The notes under the pieces: generated by a model | What the model was told of the DNA's origin: nothing | The model's input: the letters and a program-made list of their open reading frames with translations, nothing else | Database searches by the model: none | Shown here: piece by piece, positions 39,162 to 48,411 of the stretch | Numbering within the stretch: position 1 is the first letter of the stretch | Layout of the letters: each line of letters starts with the position of its first letter | Source of the DNA: Minisyncoccota bacterium | Lineage (GTDB): Bacteria; Patescibacteriota; Minisyncoccia; Minisyncoccales; JAQTVQ01 | Length of the DNA stretch: 64,000 bases | Direction of reading: 5' to 3' | NCBI GenBank assembly: GCA_041657385.1 | Contig: JBBABZ010000003.1 | Location: 8,820 to 72,819 of the forward strand | Made by a program: the position numbers and the translations under genes

Positions 39162-40953
39162 AAATTTCAGTATCATCTCCCATATAGACCACGGCAAATC
39201 CACTTTAGGAGACCGGCTTTTGGATATGACCGGAACGATCGCCAAAAACAAGCTGACCCCGCAATTTTTAGACTCGATGGATCTGGAAAAAGAAAAAGGC
39301 ATCACTATAAAAATGAAGCCTGTTTCAATGAAATACAGGCCGAAAAATTCGGATATAGAATACAATCTTAATTTGATCGATACCCCCGGCCACGTGGATT
39401 TTTCTTACGAAGTTTCCAGGTGCATGGCTGCCGTAGAGGGAGCCATACTTTTAGTTGACGCTACCAAAGGCATCCAGGCTCAGACTCTTTCCAATTTGGA
39501 AATGGCCAGAAAGGAGGGAATTACCATTATCCCAGTGGTCAACAAAATCGATCTGCCTCAAGCCAGAGTAGAAGAAACAAAAAAAGAATTAGCTAGCCTT
39601 CTAGGAATTTTTGAAGAGGATGTGATCCCGATCTCGGCAAAGACCGGAGAAAATGTTGAATTTCTTTTGGAAAAAGTTATCGCCAATGTTCCAGCGCCGG
39701 AACTGGCTCCGGAAAAACCTTTTCGCGCCGTTATTTTTGATTCCAAATTCGATGCTTTTTTGGGAGTTTTGGCTTATGTCAGGGTGGTTGACGGAAGTAT
39801 CAAGAAATACGATAAATTTTTCCTTTACGCTACCAAGGCTAGGGGAGAAGTCAAAGAACTAGGCTTTTTTAAACCTAATTTGGTCCCGGCAGAAGAACTG
39901 AATTCCGGTGAGATCGGTTATATCGCTACCGGAATTAAGGAGCTGGAAAAGATCAGCATTGGAGACACAATAGCAAGAGATTACGGTCCTGATGAAGTTG
40001 CTATCACTGTTGAGCCGCTGCCCGGCTATCAGCAGGCCAACCCTAAAGTATTTGTTTTCATCTGCCCAGAGAACCAGGCTGATTTTGAGTTATTGCGTAT
40101 TGCTTTATCAAAACTCAAACTTAGCGATTCTGCCTTGTTTTTCCAGCCCCAGACTTATCAGGTTTTGGGCCGGGGATTTTTATGCGGATTTTTAGGAACA
40201 CTGCACGGCGAAATTACTATTGAACGATTGAAAAGGGAATTCAATTTGAGCCTGGTCATCGGCGCACCGCAAGTTTGCTATAAGGTGATTGAATTTAATG
40301 GCAAAGAATCCCTGATCTTCAGCCCGAGCGAATTTCCCGAAACTCCGAAAACGGTCTTGGAGCCTTGGGCGGAAATAAAGATCATCACGCCCACCCAGTA
40401 TTTAGGCAATATTTACGATCTTTTAAAAAGTTTTGAGGGAGAGCATCTTGATTCTGTTTCTTTTTTGGGAGAGAAGTTTCTTTTGACCTATAACATTCCG
40501 ATGCGAAATTTGATAGGCAGTTTTTATGAAAGGCTTTTAAACACCAGCCAAGGATTCGCTTCTTTGTCTTATAAGGAAATAGGGTTTCGTCCGGGAGAAC
40601 TTGCAAAAATGGAAATTTTGATCTCCGGTAAAAAAGAGGAAGCTCTTTCGCGCATTGTGCCTAAAGATAAAGCTCATTTTGAAGGCAAAAGGATGGTAGA
40701 GATGCTTGAGGATGTTTTGCCTCCCCAGATGTTCGCCGTTTCCATCCAAGCGTGTTCTATGGGCCGTATCGTAGCTAGGGCAGACAAGAGTGCTAAGCGC
40801 AGGGATGTGATCGCTCCTTTATATGGCGGCGACTATACCCGTAAGAAAAAGCTTTTAGAACAGCAAAAGAAAGGAAAAGAAAAGTTGAAAGCCAGAGGGC
40901 AAATGAGGATCCCGCCGGAAGTATTTGTTAAGATATTTACTTCTTCCAACTAA
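39139..40953 (+). CDS. lepA: Elongation factor 4
   Basis: IRNFSII.HIDHGKSTL, DTPGHVDF, GFLG.LH, YGGD..RKKKLLE.QK.GK. Confidence 0.98.
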   Translation: MESPKQIRNFSIISHIDHGKSTLGDRLLDMTGTIAKNKLTPQFLDSMDLEKEKGITIKMKPVSMKYRPKNSDIEYNLNLIDTPGHVDFSYEVSRCMAAVEGAILLVDATKGIQAQTLSNLEMARKEGITIIPVVNKIDLPQARVEETKKELASLLGIFEEDVIPISAKTGENVEFLLEKVIANVPAPELAPEKPFRAVIFDSKFDAFLGVLAYVRVVDGSIKKYDKFFLYATKARGEVKELGFFKPNLVPAEELNSGEIGYIATGIKELEKISIGDTIARDYGPDEVAITVEPLPGYQQANPKVFVFICPENQADFELLRIALSKLKLSDSALFFQPQTYQVLGRGFLCGFLGTLHGEITIERLKREFNLSLVIGAPQVCYKVIEFNGKESLIFSPSEFPETPKTVLEPWAEIKIITPTQYLGNIYDLLKSFEGEHLDSVSFLGEKFLLTYNIPMRNLIGSFYERLLNTSQGFASLSYKEIGFRPGELAKMEILISGKKEEALSRIVPKDKAHFEGKRMVEMLEDVLPPQMFAVSIQACSMGRIVARADKSAKRRDVIAPLYGGDYTRKKKLLEQQKKGKEKLKARGQMRIPPEVFVKIFTSSN

Positions 40954-41017
40954 ATAAAATTAAAGCACAAAAACCTCTTTTTAAAGAGGTCCGTCAAATA
41001 TCCCCAAAGACCCTTTT

Positions 41018-41125
41018 TTAGAAGGCGGGAGCAATCAAGCTTAGGATAGTAGAGATCGCGATCAGTACGACCAGAACGATCCAGATGATCCTAAAATTTC
41101 TTTTTGACTTTTTATCGCTTAACAT
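41018..41125 (-). CDS. 35-aa single-TM small protein MLSDKKSKRNFRIIWIVLVVLIAISTILSLIAPAF
   Basis: Translated by hand; basic N-terminus plus hydrophobic helix; fills the intergenic gap. Confidence 0.55.
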   Translation of the reverse strand: MLSDKKSKRNFRIIWIVLVVLIAISTILSLIAPAF

Positions 41126-41134
41126 ATCGGCTGT

Positions 41135-41551
41135 ATGATAGCAAAAAAATCAAAAATTAAAAAGAGGTTTTTTTCACCTGACAGGAGAAGCCTTTTTTTA
41201 TCAATTTTGCTTTTGTTTCCGATAATCTATCTTGCTATCACTAATTTAAATCTAAATCAGGAGAGGCAGAAGATCATGGCCGAGATGGAGCAGGCAAAAG
41301 CAGCAGTCTCTGAATCAGCCGAGAAGGAAAATCATTTAAACAATTTATTAAGCCAAGTTTCCAGCCCCCAAGCCCTGGAGAAAGTGGCCCGCGAAGACCT
41401 GAACTTGCAAAAGCCGGGAGAAAAGATATTGGTAATTAAAAGAGAAGGCGAAGATCAAAACCAAAATACCACTTCATCCCAAAAAGAAAAGCCTGGCTTT
41501 TCTTTCCAAAATATAATAAATTGGGTAAAAGAAAAGCTGGGAATAAAGTAG
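41135..41551 (+). CDS. Septum formation initiator (FtsL/DivIC-like)
   Basis: TM helix, coiled coil, LEKVAREDLNL.KPGE. Confidence 0.85.
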   Translation: MIAKKSKIKKRFFSPDRRSLFLSILLLFPIIYLAITNLNLNQERQKIMAEMEQAKAAVSESAEKENHLNNLLSQVSSPQALEKVAREDLNLQKPGEKILVIKREGEDQNQNTTSSQKEKPGFSFQNIINWVKEKLGIK

Positions 41552-41666
41552 AGAGGCAGGCGGGCTTTGCCCCGCCGAAGCCGAGCCATCAAAAAAGATA
41601 TAGTTTGGGATAAAAAGAAAGACTATGCCCGCCTTCGCTCCTTTCAGGAGCTACGGCGAGGCGAAG

Positions 41667-41738
41667 GCGGGTGTCGTATAACGGCTATTATGGTTCCTTC
41701 CCAAGGAACAGACGGCGGTCCGACTCCGCTCACCCGCT
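41667..41738 (+). tRNA. tRNA-Gly(CCC); integration target
   Basis: Acceptor GCGGGTG/CACCCGC, anticodon arm GTTCC-TTCCCAA-GGAAC, T-arm GGCGG-TCCGACT-CCGCT; CCA not encoded. Confidence 0.92.
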
Positions 41739-43190
41739 CATAGAGATAAACTCGTGTTTTTTAGACGACAGCGACCACGGTTTTTGCAATGAAATAATGG
41801 GTTTTTGGCCGGCAATAAGGTAGTCCGAGCCGATCTTTTTCAGGAAGTCCCGTTTTCCCTCCAAATTTTCGCTTTCCGCGATGGAATTGGCTTGAAATGC
41901 CTGCAAAATCCACTCTTTGAAGAGTCCGAGCCGAACATTTCCCTTTCGTCCAAAATTTTCTAGCTCCTCGTTAATTTCAACCTTGCGGTTGAGCAGTTTT
42001 TGTTTTTTGGCGACGTACTCTTCGCGGCTGATTGCTTGGTCTAAATAAGAGTCCAAGAGCCTGTTCAGTTTTGCCTCGACGGTTCTTAGTTCGGCTTTTA
42101 AATTTTGGGCGGAAGCGTTGGCGGTAGTGGAAAGCTCTTTGTGATCTTTTTCCCATCGTTTGAGAAAATTATCTTTCCACTCCGCGTTTAAAGCAACTTT
42201 TTGAAAAAGCTTATTCAGCTGTTGTTTTAATTTTTGCTCGCCGATATATTTTTGGCTGCAAACTCTGTTTTTCTTGGTACAGCGATAATAGGTGTAGGCT
42301 TTGCCAGAAGGTTTAACTCTGGTTTCAGCGGTGATCTGGCGGCCGCACTCGCCGCATTTAAACACTCCTCGGAAAGTGTAGGGTTTTAAACTTTTTGCCT
42401 GCGGCTTGCCGTGCTCCCGCATTATGCGCTGCACTTTTTCAAAAAGTTGCTTGGAAATGATCGGCTCGTGATTGCCTTGATATATTTCTCCTTTGAATCG
42501 GAACAGGCCATAGTAAAATGGATTTTTGAGCACATCCTGCAGCTTAGAGAGAGCGATGGCTTTCTTTTTCCTCTGTCCAACTAACCCGAGAGAAAAAGAC
42601 AATTTTTGTAAATTTTCTAAAGTATATTTTCCCGTAGCGTATGCCTCGAAAATTTTTTTAATGATTTCCGCCCTTTGAGGATCTTTAATGATCGTATGAT
42701 GGCGCAATTCATTTAAATATCCGACAGGAGCATAAGCCGGATATTCGCCATTTTTCAATTTTTGCCTTAACCCGCGTTTTACATTCTCGCTCAAATTATC
42801 AATGTAGTATTTTGACTGGCCGAAAGCGATATTAAGCATAAACTTTCCCTGCGGTGTCGGCTCAAACCAGAAAGTAGGGAATTTTAAGCCTTCGATTTTT
42901 CCGGTATCTACGAGATAGATGATCTTCCCTCCGTCAACACTGTTGCGCGCCAGCCTATCGGGATGCCAGCTTAAAATTCCAAAAGGCCCGCCAGATTCTA
43001 TCCTTGCGATCATTTGGTTGAATATGGGCCTGCCCGGAACCTTGGCGGTCTTTGCTTCGATGAATTGATCGGCGATTTCCAGTCCTTCCTTGGCGGCAAA
43101 TTCTTTTAATTCCATCAGCTGGGCTTCAATGCTCAAGACTTGGCGTTCTTCTTCGTCCGTGGATTTTCGAGCGTATAAAAAATATTTCAT
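41730..43190 (-). CDS. Large serine recombinase/integrase 1
   Basis: YARKS, DRLARN, recombinase domain, CGECG..YYRC zinc ribbon, coiled coil; stop codon lies inside the tRNA antisense. Confidence 0.96.
   Translation of the reverse strand: MKYFLYARKSTDEEERQVLSIEAQLMELKEFAAKEGLEIADQFIEAKTAKVPGRPIFNQMIARIESGGPFGILSWHPDRLARNSVDGGKIIYLVDTGKIEGLKFPTFWFEPTPQGKFMLNIAFGQSKYYIDNLSENVKRGLRQKLKNGEYPAYAPVGYLNELRHHTIIKDPQRAEIIKKIFEAYATGKYTLENLQKLSFSLGLVGQRKKKAIALSKLQDVLKNPFYYGLFRFKGEIYQGNHEPIISKQLFEKVQRIMREHGKPQAKSLKPYTFRGVFKCGECGRQITAETRVKPSGKAYTYYRCTKKNRVCSQKYIGEQKLKQQLNKLFQKVALNAEWKDNFLKRWEKDHKELSTTANASAQNLKAELRTVEAKLNRLLDSYLDQAISREEYVAKKQKLLNRKVEINEELENFGRKGNVRLGLFKEWILQAFQANSIAESENLEGKRDFLKKIGSDYLIAGQKPIISLQKPWSLSSKKHEFISMSG
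41735..41828 (-). repeat. Inverted repeat A-left (3' end of recombinase 1)
   Basis: Reverse complement of 43275-43368 with 6 mismatches in 94 bp. Confidence 0.95.
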
Positions 43191-43274
43191 ATTCCTTTTA
43201 AGAATAAAAAATTAATTTGGCTTGGTGAAAATTTGGAGGGAAAAAATCGTCTTTCGTTTTCAATAAAAACATAA

Positions 43275-43368
43275 TCGGACTTCCATATCGTCGGCCAAAA
43301 ACCTATTATTCCATTGCAAAAACCGTGGTCGCTGTCGTCTAAAAAACACGAGTTTATCTCTATGAGCG
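43275..43368 (+). repeat. Inverted repeat A-right, continuing in frame into tail DLYEKVRTFFLNGED* (43368-43415)
   Basis: Direct alignment; outer 57 bp identical to A-left. Confidence 0.95.
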
Positions 43369-43467
43369 ATTTATATGAAAAAGTTCGGACTTTCTTCCTT
43401 AACGGGGAGGACTGAAAAGCTGTCTTTTTTCTGTTGTATCTTTTTTGGTTAAAAGGCGCAAATCCCA

Positions 43468-43601
43468 CCCCGACTATTGCTCGTCAGCCCGGGTTTAGCC
43501 TTAAACCCAGTCTTCCTCGCAGACCGCGGCCCTGCTCGGGCAGGTCCGCTCGGATTGGGCCGCCAGCCAACGCATTTTAGCCGCAGGTGGGGGTAAAAAG
43601 G
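43468..43601 (+). repeat. Inverted repeat B-left (GC-rich)
   Basis: Reverse complement of 60889-61021. Confidence 0.92.
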
Positions 43602-43763
43602 GGGCTAAAATATAATATAAATCGAAGCCGATAGGCTTCGCCAAAAAATTGAAATAAAGTCGAAAAAGAGCTATCTTGAATAAAAATATAGCTTATTTAT
43701 CTTTGATTAAATTAGCCTAAAAATCAGAAAGGAGCGGCGTTGATGATTTAACAAAACAAAAAC

Positions 43764-45215
43764 ATGTTTGAACAATCATTTAAAAATATAGACAATATTC
43801 TTCATACTGATTCCGGTTGCGCAACAGAGCTTGATTATGTTGAACAAACTTCGTGGATCCTTTTTTTGAAATATCTTGATGATTTGGAAGATACTAAAAA
43901 AACTGAAGCGGCGCTGGCCGGAAAAAAATATGAATATATCTTGTCGCCGGAATATCGTTGGAATGTTTGGGCTTGTCCAAAGAATGGCGGCGGTAAACTG
44001 GACCACGGCAAAGCGTTGGACGGAGATGATCTTAGAGATTTTGTAAATCAAAATCTTTTTTCATATCTTAAAAAATTTAAAGCCGATGAACCGAATACCA
44101 TTGAGTATAAAATCGGAGAAATTTTTTCCGAATTAAAAAATAAAATTTCCAGCGGTTATAAGATGCGGGAAATTTTGAATATTGTTGATGGAATGCATTT
44201 TCGTCTTTACGAAGAGAAACACGAGCTTTCGCATCTCTACGAAGCCAAAATTAAGAATATGGGCAACGCCGGACGAAACGGCGGCGAATATTACACGCCA
44301 CGGCCGCTTATTAAAACCATTGTCAAAGTGGTCGCGCCAAAAATTGGCGACAAGATCTATGACGGAGCTTGCGGCAGCGCGGGATTTTTAGTGGAAGCTT
44401 ATAAATATCTTACAGAGAACCAATCCAAGCTTTCTTCAAGCCAGATGTCGACGCTTCAAAATAAATCGTTTTACGGCAAAGAAATAAAATCCCTCGCTTA
44501 CATCATCGGCATCATGAATATGATCCTGCACGGCATTGAAGCGCCAAATATCAGGCATATGAATACGCTGGCCGAAAACATCAATGACATCCAGGAAAAA
44601 GATCGTTTTGATGTTATTCTGGCAAATCCTCCTTTCGGCGCGGGTATTGGCCGAGAAATTCAGCAAAATTTTCCAATCAAGACCGGCGAAACAGCGTTTC
44701 TTTTTCTGCAACATTTCATCAAAATTCTCAAAGCTGGAGGTAAGGCAGGAATCGTTATTAAAAATACCTTTCTTTCCAACACCGATAATGCCTCGGTGTC
44801 TTTGCGAAAATTGCTTTTAGAAAATTGCAATTTACATACCGTTCTTGACTTACCAGGGGGTGTCTTTGCTGGCGCAGGCGTGAAAACCGTTGTTTTGTTT
44901 TTTGAAAAGGGTGCGCCAACAAAAAAAGTTTGGTTTTACCAGCTCAATCTTAGCCGCAATCTTGGTAAGGGCAGCCCTCTAAAAGAAGCGGATCTGGCGG
45001 AATTTGTGGAGCTACAAAAGACCAAGGCGGATAGTGAGAGCTCGTGGAGCGTTGACACTAAAGATATTGATCAAAATACTTTTGATTTGTCGGTAAAGAA
45101 TCCGACCAAGAGCAATGAAGTGATTTTGCGTGAGCCGAAAGAGATTTTGGATGAGATGAACAAATTAGATAAAGATAGTAGTGAAATTTTGAATAACATT
45201 AAAAGATTTTTATAA
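43764..45215 (+). CDS. hsdM: Type I RM methyltransferase subunit
   Basis: GEYYTPR, YDGACGSAGFL, ANPPF. Confidence 0.97.
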   Translation: MFEQSFKNIDNILHTDSGCATELDYVEQTSWILFLKYLDDLEDTKKTEAALAGKKYEYILSPEYRWNVWACPKNGGGKLDHGKALDGDDLRDFVNQNLFSYLKKFKADEPNTIEYKIGEIFSELKNKISSGYKMREILNIVDGMHFRLYEEKHELSHLYEAKIKNMGNAGRNGGEYYTPRPLIKTIVKVVAPKIGDKIYDGACGSAGFLVEAYKYLTENQSKLSSSQMSTLQNKSFYGKEIKSLAYIIGIMNMILHGIEAPNIRHMNTLAENINDIQEKDRFDVILANPPFGAGIGREIQQNFPIKTGETAFLFLQHFIKILKAGGKAGIVIKNTFLSNTDNASVSLRKLLLENCNLHTVLDLPGGVFAGAGVKTVVLFFEKGAPTKKVWFYQLNLSRNLGKGSPLKEADLAEFVELQKTKADSESSWSVDTKDIDQNTFDLSVKNPTKSNEVILREPKEILDEMNKLDKDSSEILNNIKRFL

Positions 45216-45218
45216 AAT

Positions 45219-46499
45219 ATGGTTGACAGTGAACAAAAGATTAAGTGTCCTAAATGTGGAGAATCAATTTCAATTGATGATGTTCTAACGCACCAAATTG
45301 AAGAAAAAATTAAAAAGGATTTTGAGGTAACTCAAAAAATAAAAGAGGGAGAATTAGCTCAAAAATCAGAAGATTTAAAAAAACAGGCTGCGGAAATTGC
45401 CGAGAACAAAAAAGATATTGGTTCAATGGTGGCAAAACAAGTAGCCGAACAGATGGGGAAAGAAAGACTGGGGCTTTTTAAAGAAGCGAGAACGGAGGCG
45501 GAAAAAGAACAGAGCGCAAAAACCGTGCTTTTAGAAGAACAATTGAAGAGCAAGGATGAGAAATTGGCACAGGCAACAAAGAATGAAGTGGAGTTACGCA
45601 AAGACAAGATAAAGCTAGAGGAAGATAAGCAGGTATTTGAATTGGAAAAAATACGTCAATTGGAAGAATCAAAGAAGGCAATTATTGAAGAAGCAAACAA
45701 GAAAGCAACAGAAGAGCAACAATATGTTATTGCTCAACTGAAAAAACAGCTTACGGATGCAACAAAAGCCAAAGATGATTTGGCACGTAAACTCGAACAG
45801 GGTTCGCAACAAACACAAGGCGAGGTTTTGGAATTAGAGCTTGAAGAGATTTTGAAAACGGAATTTTCACAAGATGAAATAATCCCCGTACCCAAAGGAG
45901 TAAAGGGCGCTGATGTAATTCATAAAATCATAGATCGTTCCGGCCGTTTATGCGGGCAGATTGTTTGGGAATCGAAAAAGACAAAAGCGTGGAGTGAAGG
46001 CTGGATTCAAAAGCTTAAAGACGACCAAAGACTTATAAAGGCGGATGTGGCGGTAATTGTCTCAATAATATTGCCCGAAGGTGTAAAGGGTTTTGCCCTT
46101 AGAGATGGTGTTTTTGTTTGTGATGTAAAACTGGCAATCAATCTTGCCTCATTATTAAGATATGATTTGCTAAAAGTAGCCGAAGCAAACAGAGCATTGG
46201 CTGGGAAAGAAGAGAAAAAAGACGTGGTTTATGCATATGTAAATAGTACTGAATTTAAACAAAGAATCCAAGCCATTGCGGAAGCGTTTATTGAAATGAA
46301 GAACGATATAGATAAGGAGAAAAGATCATATCAAGCCATTTGGGCAAAGAGAGAAAAACAGGTGCAGCGAGTTATAGACAATACATTTGGAATTTATGGA
46401 GACCTAAAAGGGTTAACTGGTGGAACAATACAAGAAATTAAAATGTTGGAATTAGATGCTGGTGAAATTAGAGTAAATGAAGATGAAAAAAATATTTAA
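45219..46499 (+). CDS. DUF2130 coiled-coil protein (RmuC-like nuclease fold inferred)
   Basis: IKCPKCG, long coiled coil, GSQQ.QGE.LE, V.KG..GAD, ESK.TK.W. Confidence 0.85.
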   Translation: MVDSEQKIKCPKCGESISIDDVLTHQIEEKIKKDFEVTQKIKEGELAQKSEDLKKQAAEIAENKKDIGSMVAKQVAEQMGKERLGLFKEARTEAEKEQSAKTVLLEEQLKSKDEKLAQATKNEVELRKDKIKLEEDKQVFELEKIRQLEESKKAIIEEANKKATEEQQYVIAQLKKQLTDATKAKDDLARKLEQGSQQTQGEVLELELEEILKTEFSQDEIIPVPKGVKGADVIHKIIDRSGRLCGQIVWESKKTKAWSEGWIQKLKDDQRLIKADVAVIVSIILPEGVKGFALRDGVFVCDVKLAINLASLLRYDLLKVAEANRALAGKEEKKDVVYAYVNSTEFKQRIQAIAEAFIEMKNDIDKEKRSYQAIWAKREKQVQRVIDNTFGIYGDLKGLTGGTIQEIKMLELDAGEIRVNEDEKNI

Positions 46500-46517
46500 T
46501 TTTAAAAAAGAGTAATT

Positions 46518-48410
46518 GTGTTTTTATCTAAATTTACTATCTTAAATAATAAAAGTTGTAAAACCATTAATCTTGCTCCGTCAAAAACTGAACCGGAAGT
46601 TTTGATTGGTATTAATGATTGTGGTAAATCAACGATACTCAGATCATTAGATATTTTTTTTGATGAGAAAAAAAGCCTCTATTTTCTTCGAGAAGATCAA
46701 CAAAAAAGTGATTTGTCTAATTCCCCGCTCACTGCGCAAGAATTCAACCATGCAATAAGTGATTTTGGATATGCACCATTTTACAATTATTCAGGAAATG
46801 TTATCGGAATCTTATGTGAATTCGAATTAGAAGAAGCTGATAAAACAGATACCGAATTTCAGGACAGTGCAAAAAATCTGCATTTGAAATGGGCTATCGG
46901 TGATTCCAACAAAATCGTCATTTTGCGTATATTTCATGATAACGCTGTCGCGGGTCCAAACCTAAATGGATATTACTTATTAAATAATGATTACAAAAAA
47001 GATGATAATTTTCTTGAGGCTTGGAATAAAACAAAAGAAGTATTAAAAAAAATTCGTAAAGATTTAGCTATAGCTGATGCGGATGTAACTAATGAAAATG
47101 GCAAAGGACCTTTTAAAAATATTGAAGAAATAAGGGCTATTTATAAAAAAGTAGAAGTTGATTTGGAGCTATCATGGTTTTTATATAAGGACTTCTCAAA
47201 AGATAAAACATTTTTTCCAAGTTTTAAATATCTTGATTGGAATTTTTCCTTGAAAGATTTAGAGGATTTGGCCACCGAAGCCATGAATGAGGTAACAAGT
47301 CCGTTATTAGGAGAAATAAAAAGTTTAGCCTCAACAAAGCAAGTTGAAGCAATTGTGGGAGTAAACAAGAAATTTGAAGAATTGATGGGCAATCTAAAAG
47401 ATGAATTGCCTACAAGCATAAAAAAAATTAGTTCCTCTGTATTTTTTAATGTAAACCAAAAAATTACTGATATAAAATTAACGAAGGAGAATGTTGATGG
47501 GGAGGTGCATATTGATAATCAAGGTGACGGAATAAAAAGACAAATTTGGTTCGCGTTATTAAAATGGCGCAGTAAGCTGCCCGTAAGCGAGATAAAAAGA
47601 AACAAATATATTTGGTGTTTTGACGAGCCGGAAACACATTTGTATCCATCAGCGCAAAGACAGCTTTTTAGCACCTTCCGTGATATGTGCGAAAAAGAGT
47701 TCCAAGTATTATTAAGCACTCACTCCACAGTGTTTATTGATAGAACAAGGATAAACAATATTAACAAAGTCGTTTTAAATAATGGCTATTCCGTAATTAA
47801 TAAAACGGACGATATAGATGATATTTTTGATTGTTTGGGTTTGAAAAATAGCGATTTTCTATTTTTTGATAAATTTCTTGCCGTTGAAGGTCCGACCGAA
47901 TATGAACTAATCCCAAAGCTGTATAAACTAAAATTTGGTAAAACTTTAATTGAAGATGGAATTCAGTTGATAAATTTAAAAGGTAAATCGCAGTGTGAAA
48001 ACCATAAACAAATTTTGGAAGATATTTTGTCAAAATTTAAAAAAGCTGATGACAAGATTTATTATTTATTTGATGCTGATACCAAAGTTACTAGAGGAAC
48101 GAATGTTTGTGTAGTTGGAACAAATGACATAGAGGATTCTATCCCTAACAATATTTGGATTAAATTTGTTAAAGATAATTGTGATATTGATTTGACAGAG
48201 CAAATCTTAGATGACGAGATAAGAGCAAAATTAGACCCTCAAAAGAAATTTTATAAATTACTTCATGATTATATTGCAAATAATGTAGTCAATGATAAAT
48301 ATTTACCATCAAAAGGCAGTGATTCTGGATCAATATTAGCAGGATGCTTTACCAATAAAGAAGAAATACCAACGAGTATTAATGATTTTTTTGATTGTAT
48401 CAATTTGTAA
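46518..48410 (+). CDS. OLD-family ABC-ATPase plus TOPRIM nuclease
   Basis: GINDCGKST, GDG signature, FDEPETHLYP, STHS, VEGPTE, DAD. Confidence 0.9.
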   Translation: MFLSKFTILNNKSCKTINLAPSKTEPEVLIGINDCGKSTILRSLDIFFDEKKSLYFLREDQQKSDLSNSPLTAQEFNHAISDFGYAPFYNYSGNVIGILCEFELEEADKTDTEFQDSAKNLHLKWAIGDSNKIVILRIFHDNAVAGPNLNGYYLLNNDYKKDDNFLEAWNKTKEVLKKIRKDLAIADADVTNENGKGPFKNIEEIRAIYKKVEVDLELSWFLYKDFSKDKTFFPSFKYLDWNFSLKDLEDLATEAMNEVTSPLLGEIKSLASTKQVEAIVGVNKKFEELMGNLKDELPTSIKKISSSVFFNVNQKITDIKLTKENVDGEVHIDNQGDGIKRQIWFALLKWRSKLPVSEIKRNKYIWCFDEPETHLYPSAQRQLFSTFRDMCEKEFQVLLSTHSTVFIDRTRINNINKVVLNNGYSVINKTDDIDDIFDCLGLKNSDFLFFDKFLAVEGPTEYELIPKLYKLKFGKTLIEDGIQLINLKGKSQCENHKQILEDILSKFKKADDKIYYLFDADTKVTRGTNVCVVGTNDIEDSIPNNIWIKFVKDNCDIDLTEQILDDEIRAKLDPQKKFYKLLHDYIANNVVNDKYLPSKGSDSGSILAGCFTNKEEIPTSINDFFDCINL

Positions 48411-48411
48411 T

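Noticed and set aside
1772-40749. Many antisense or nested ORFs in the track
   Set aside because: Shadow frames of well-supported housekeeping genes.
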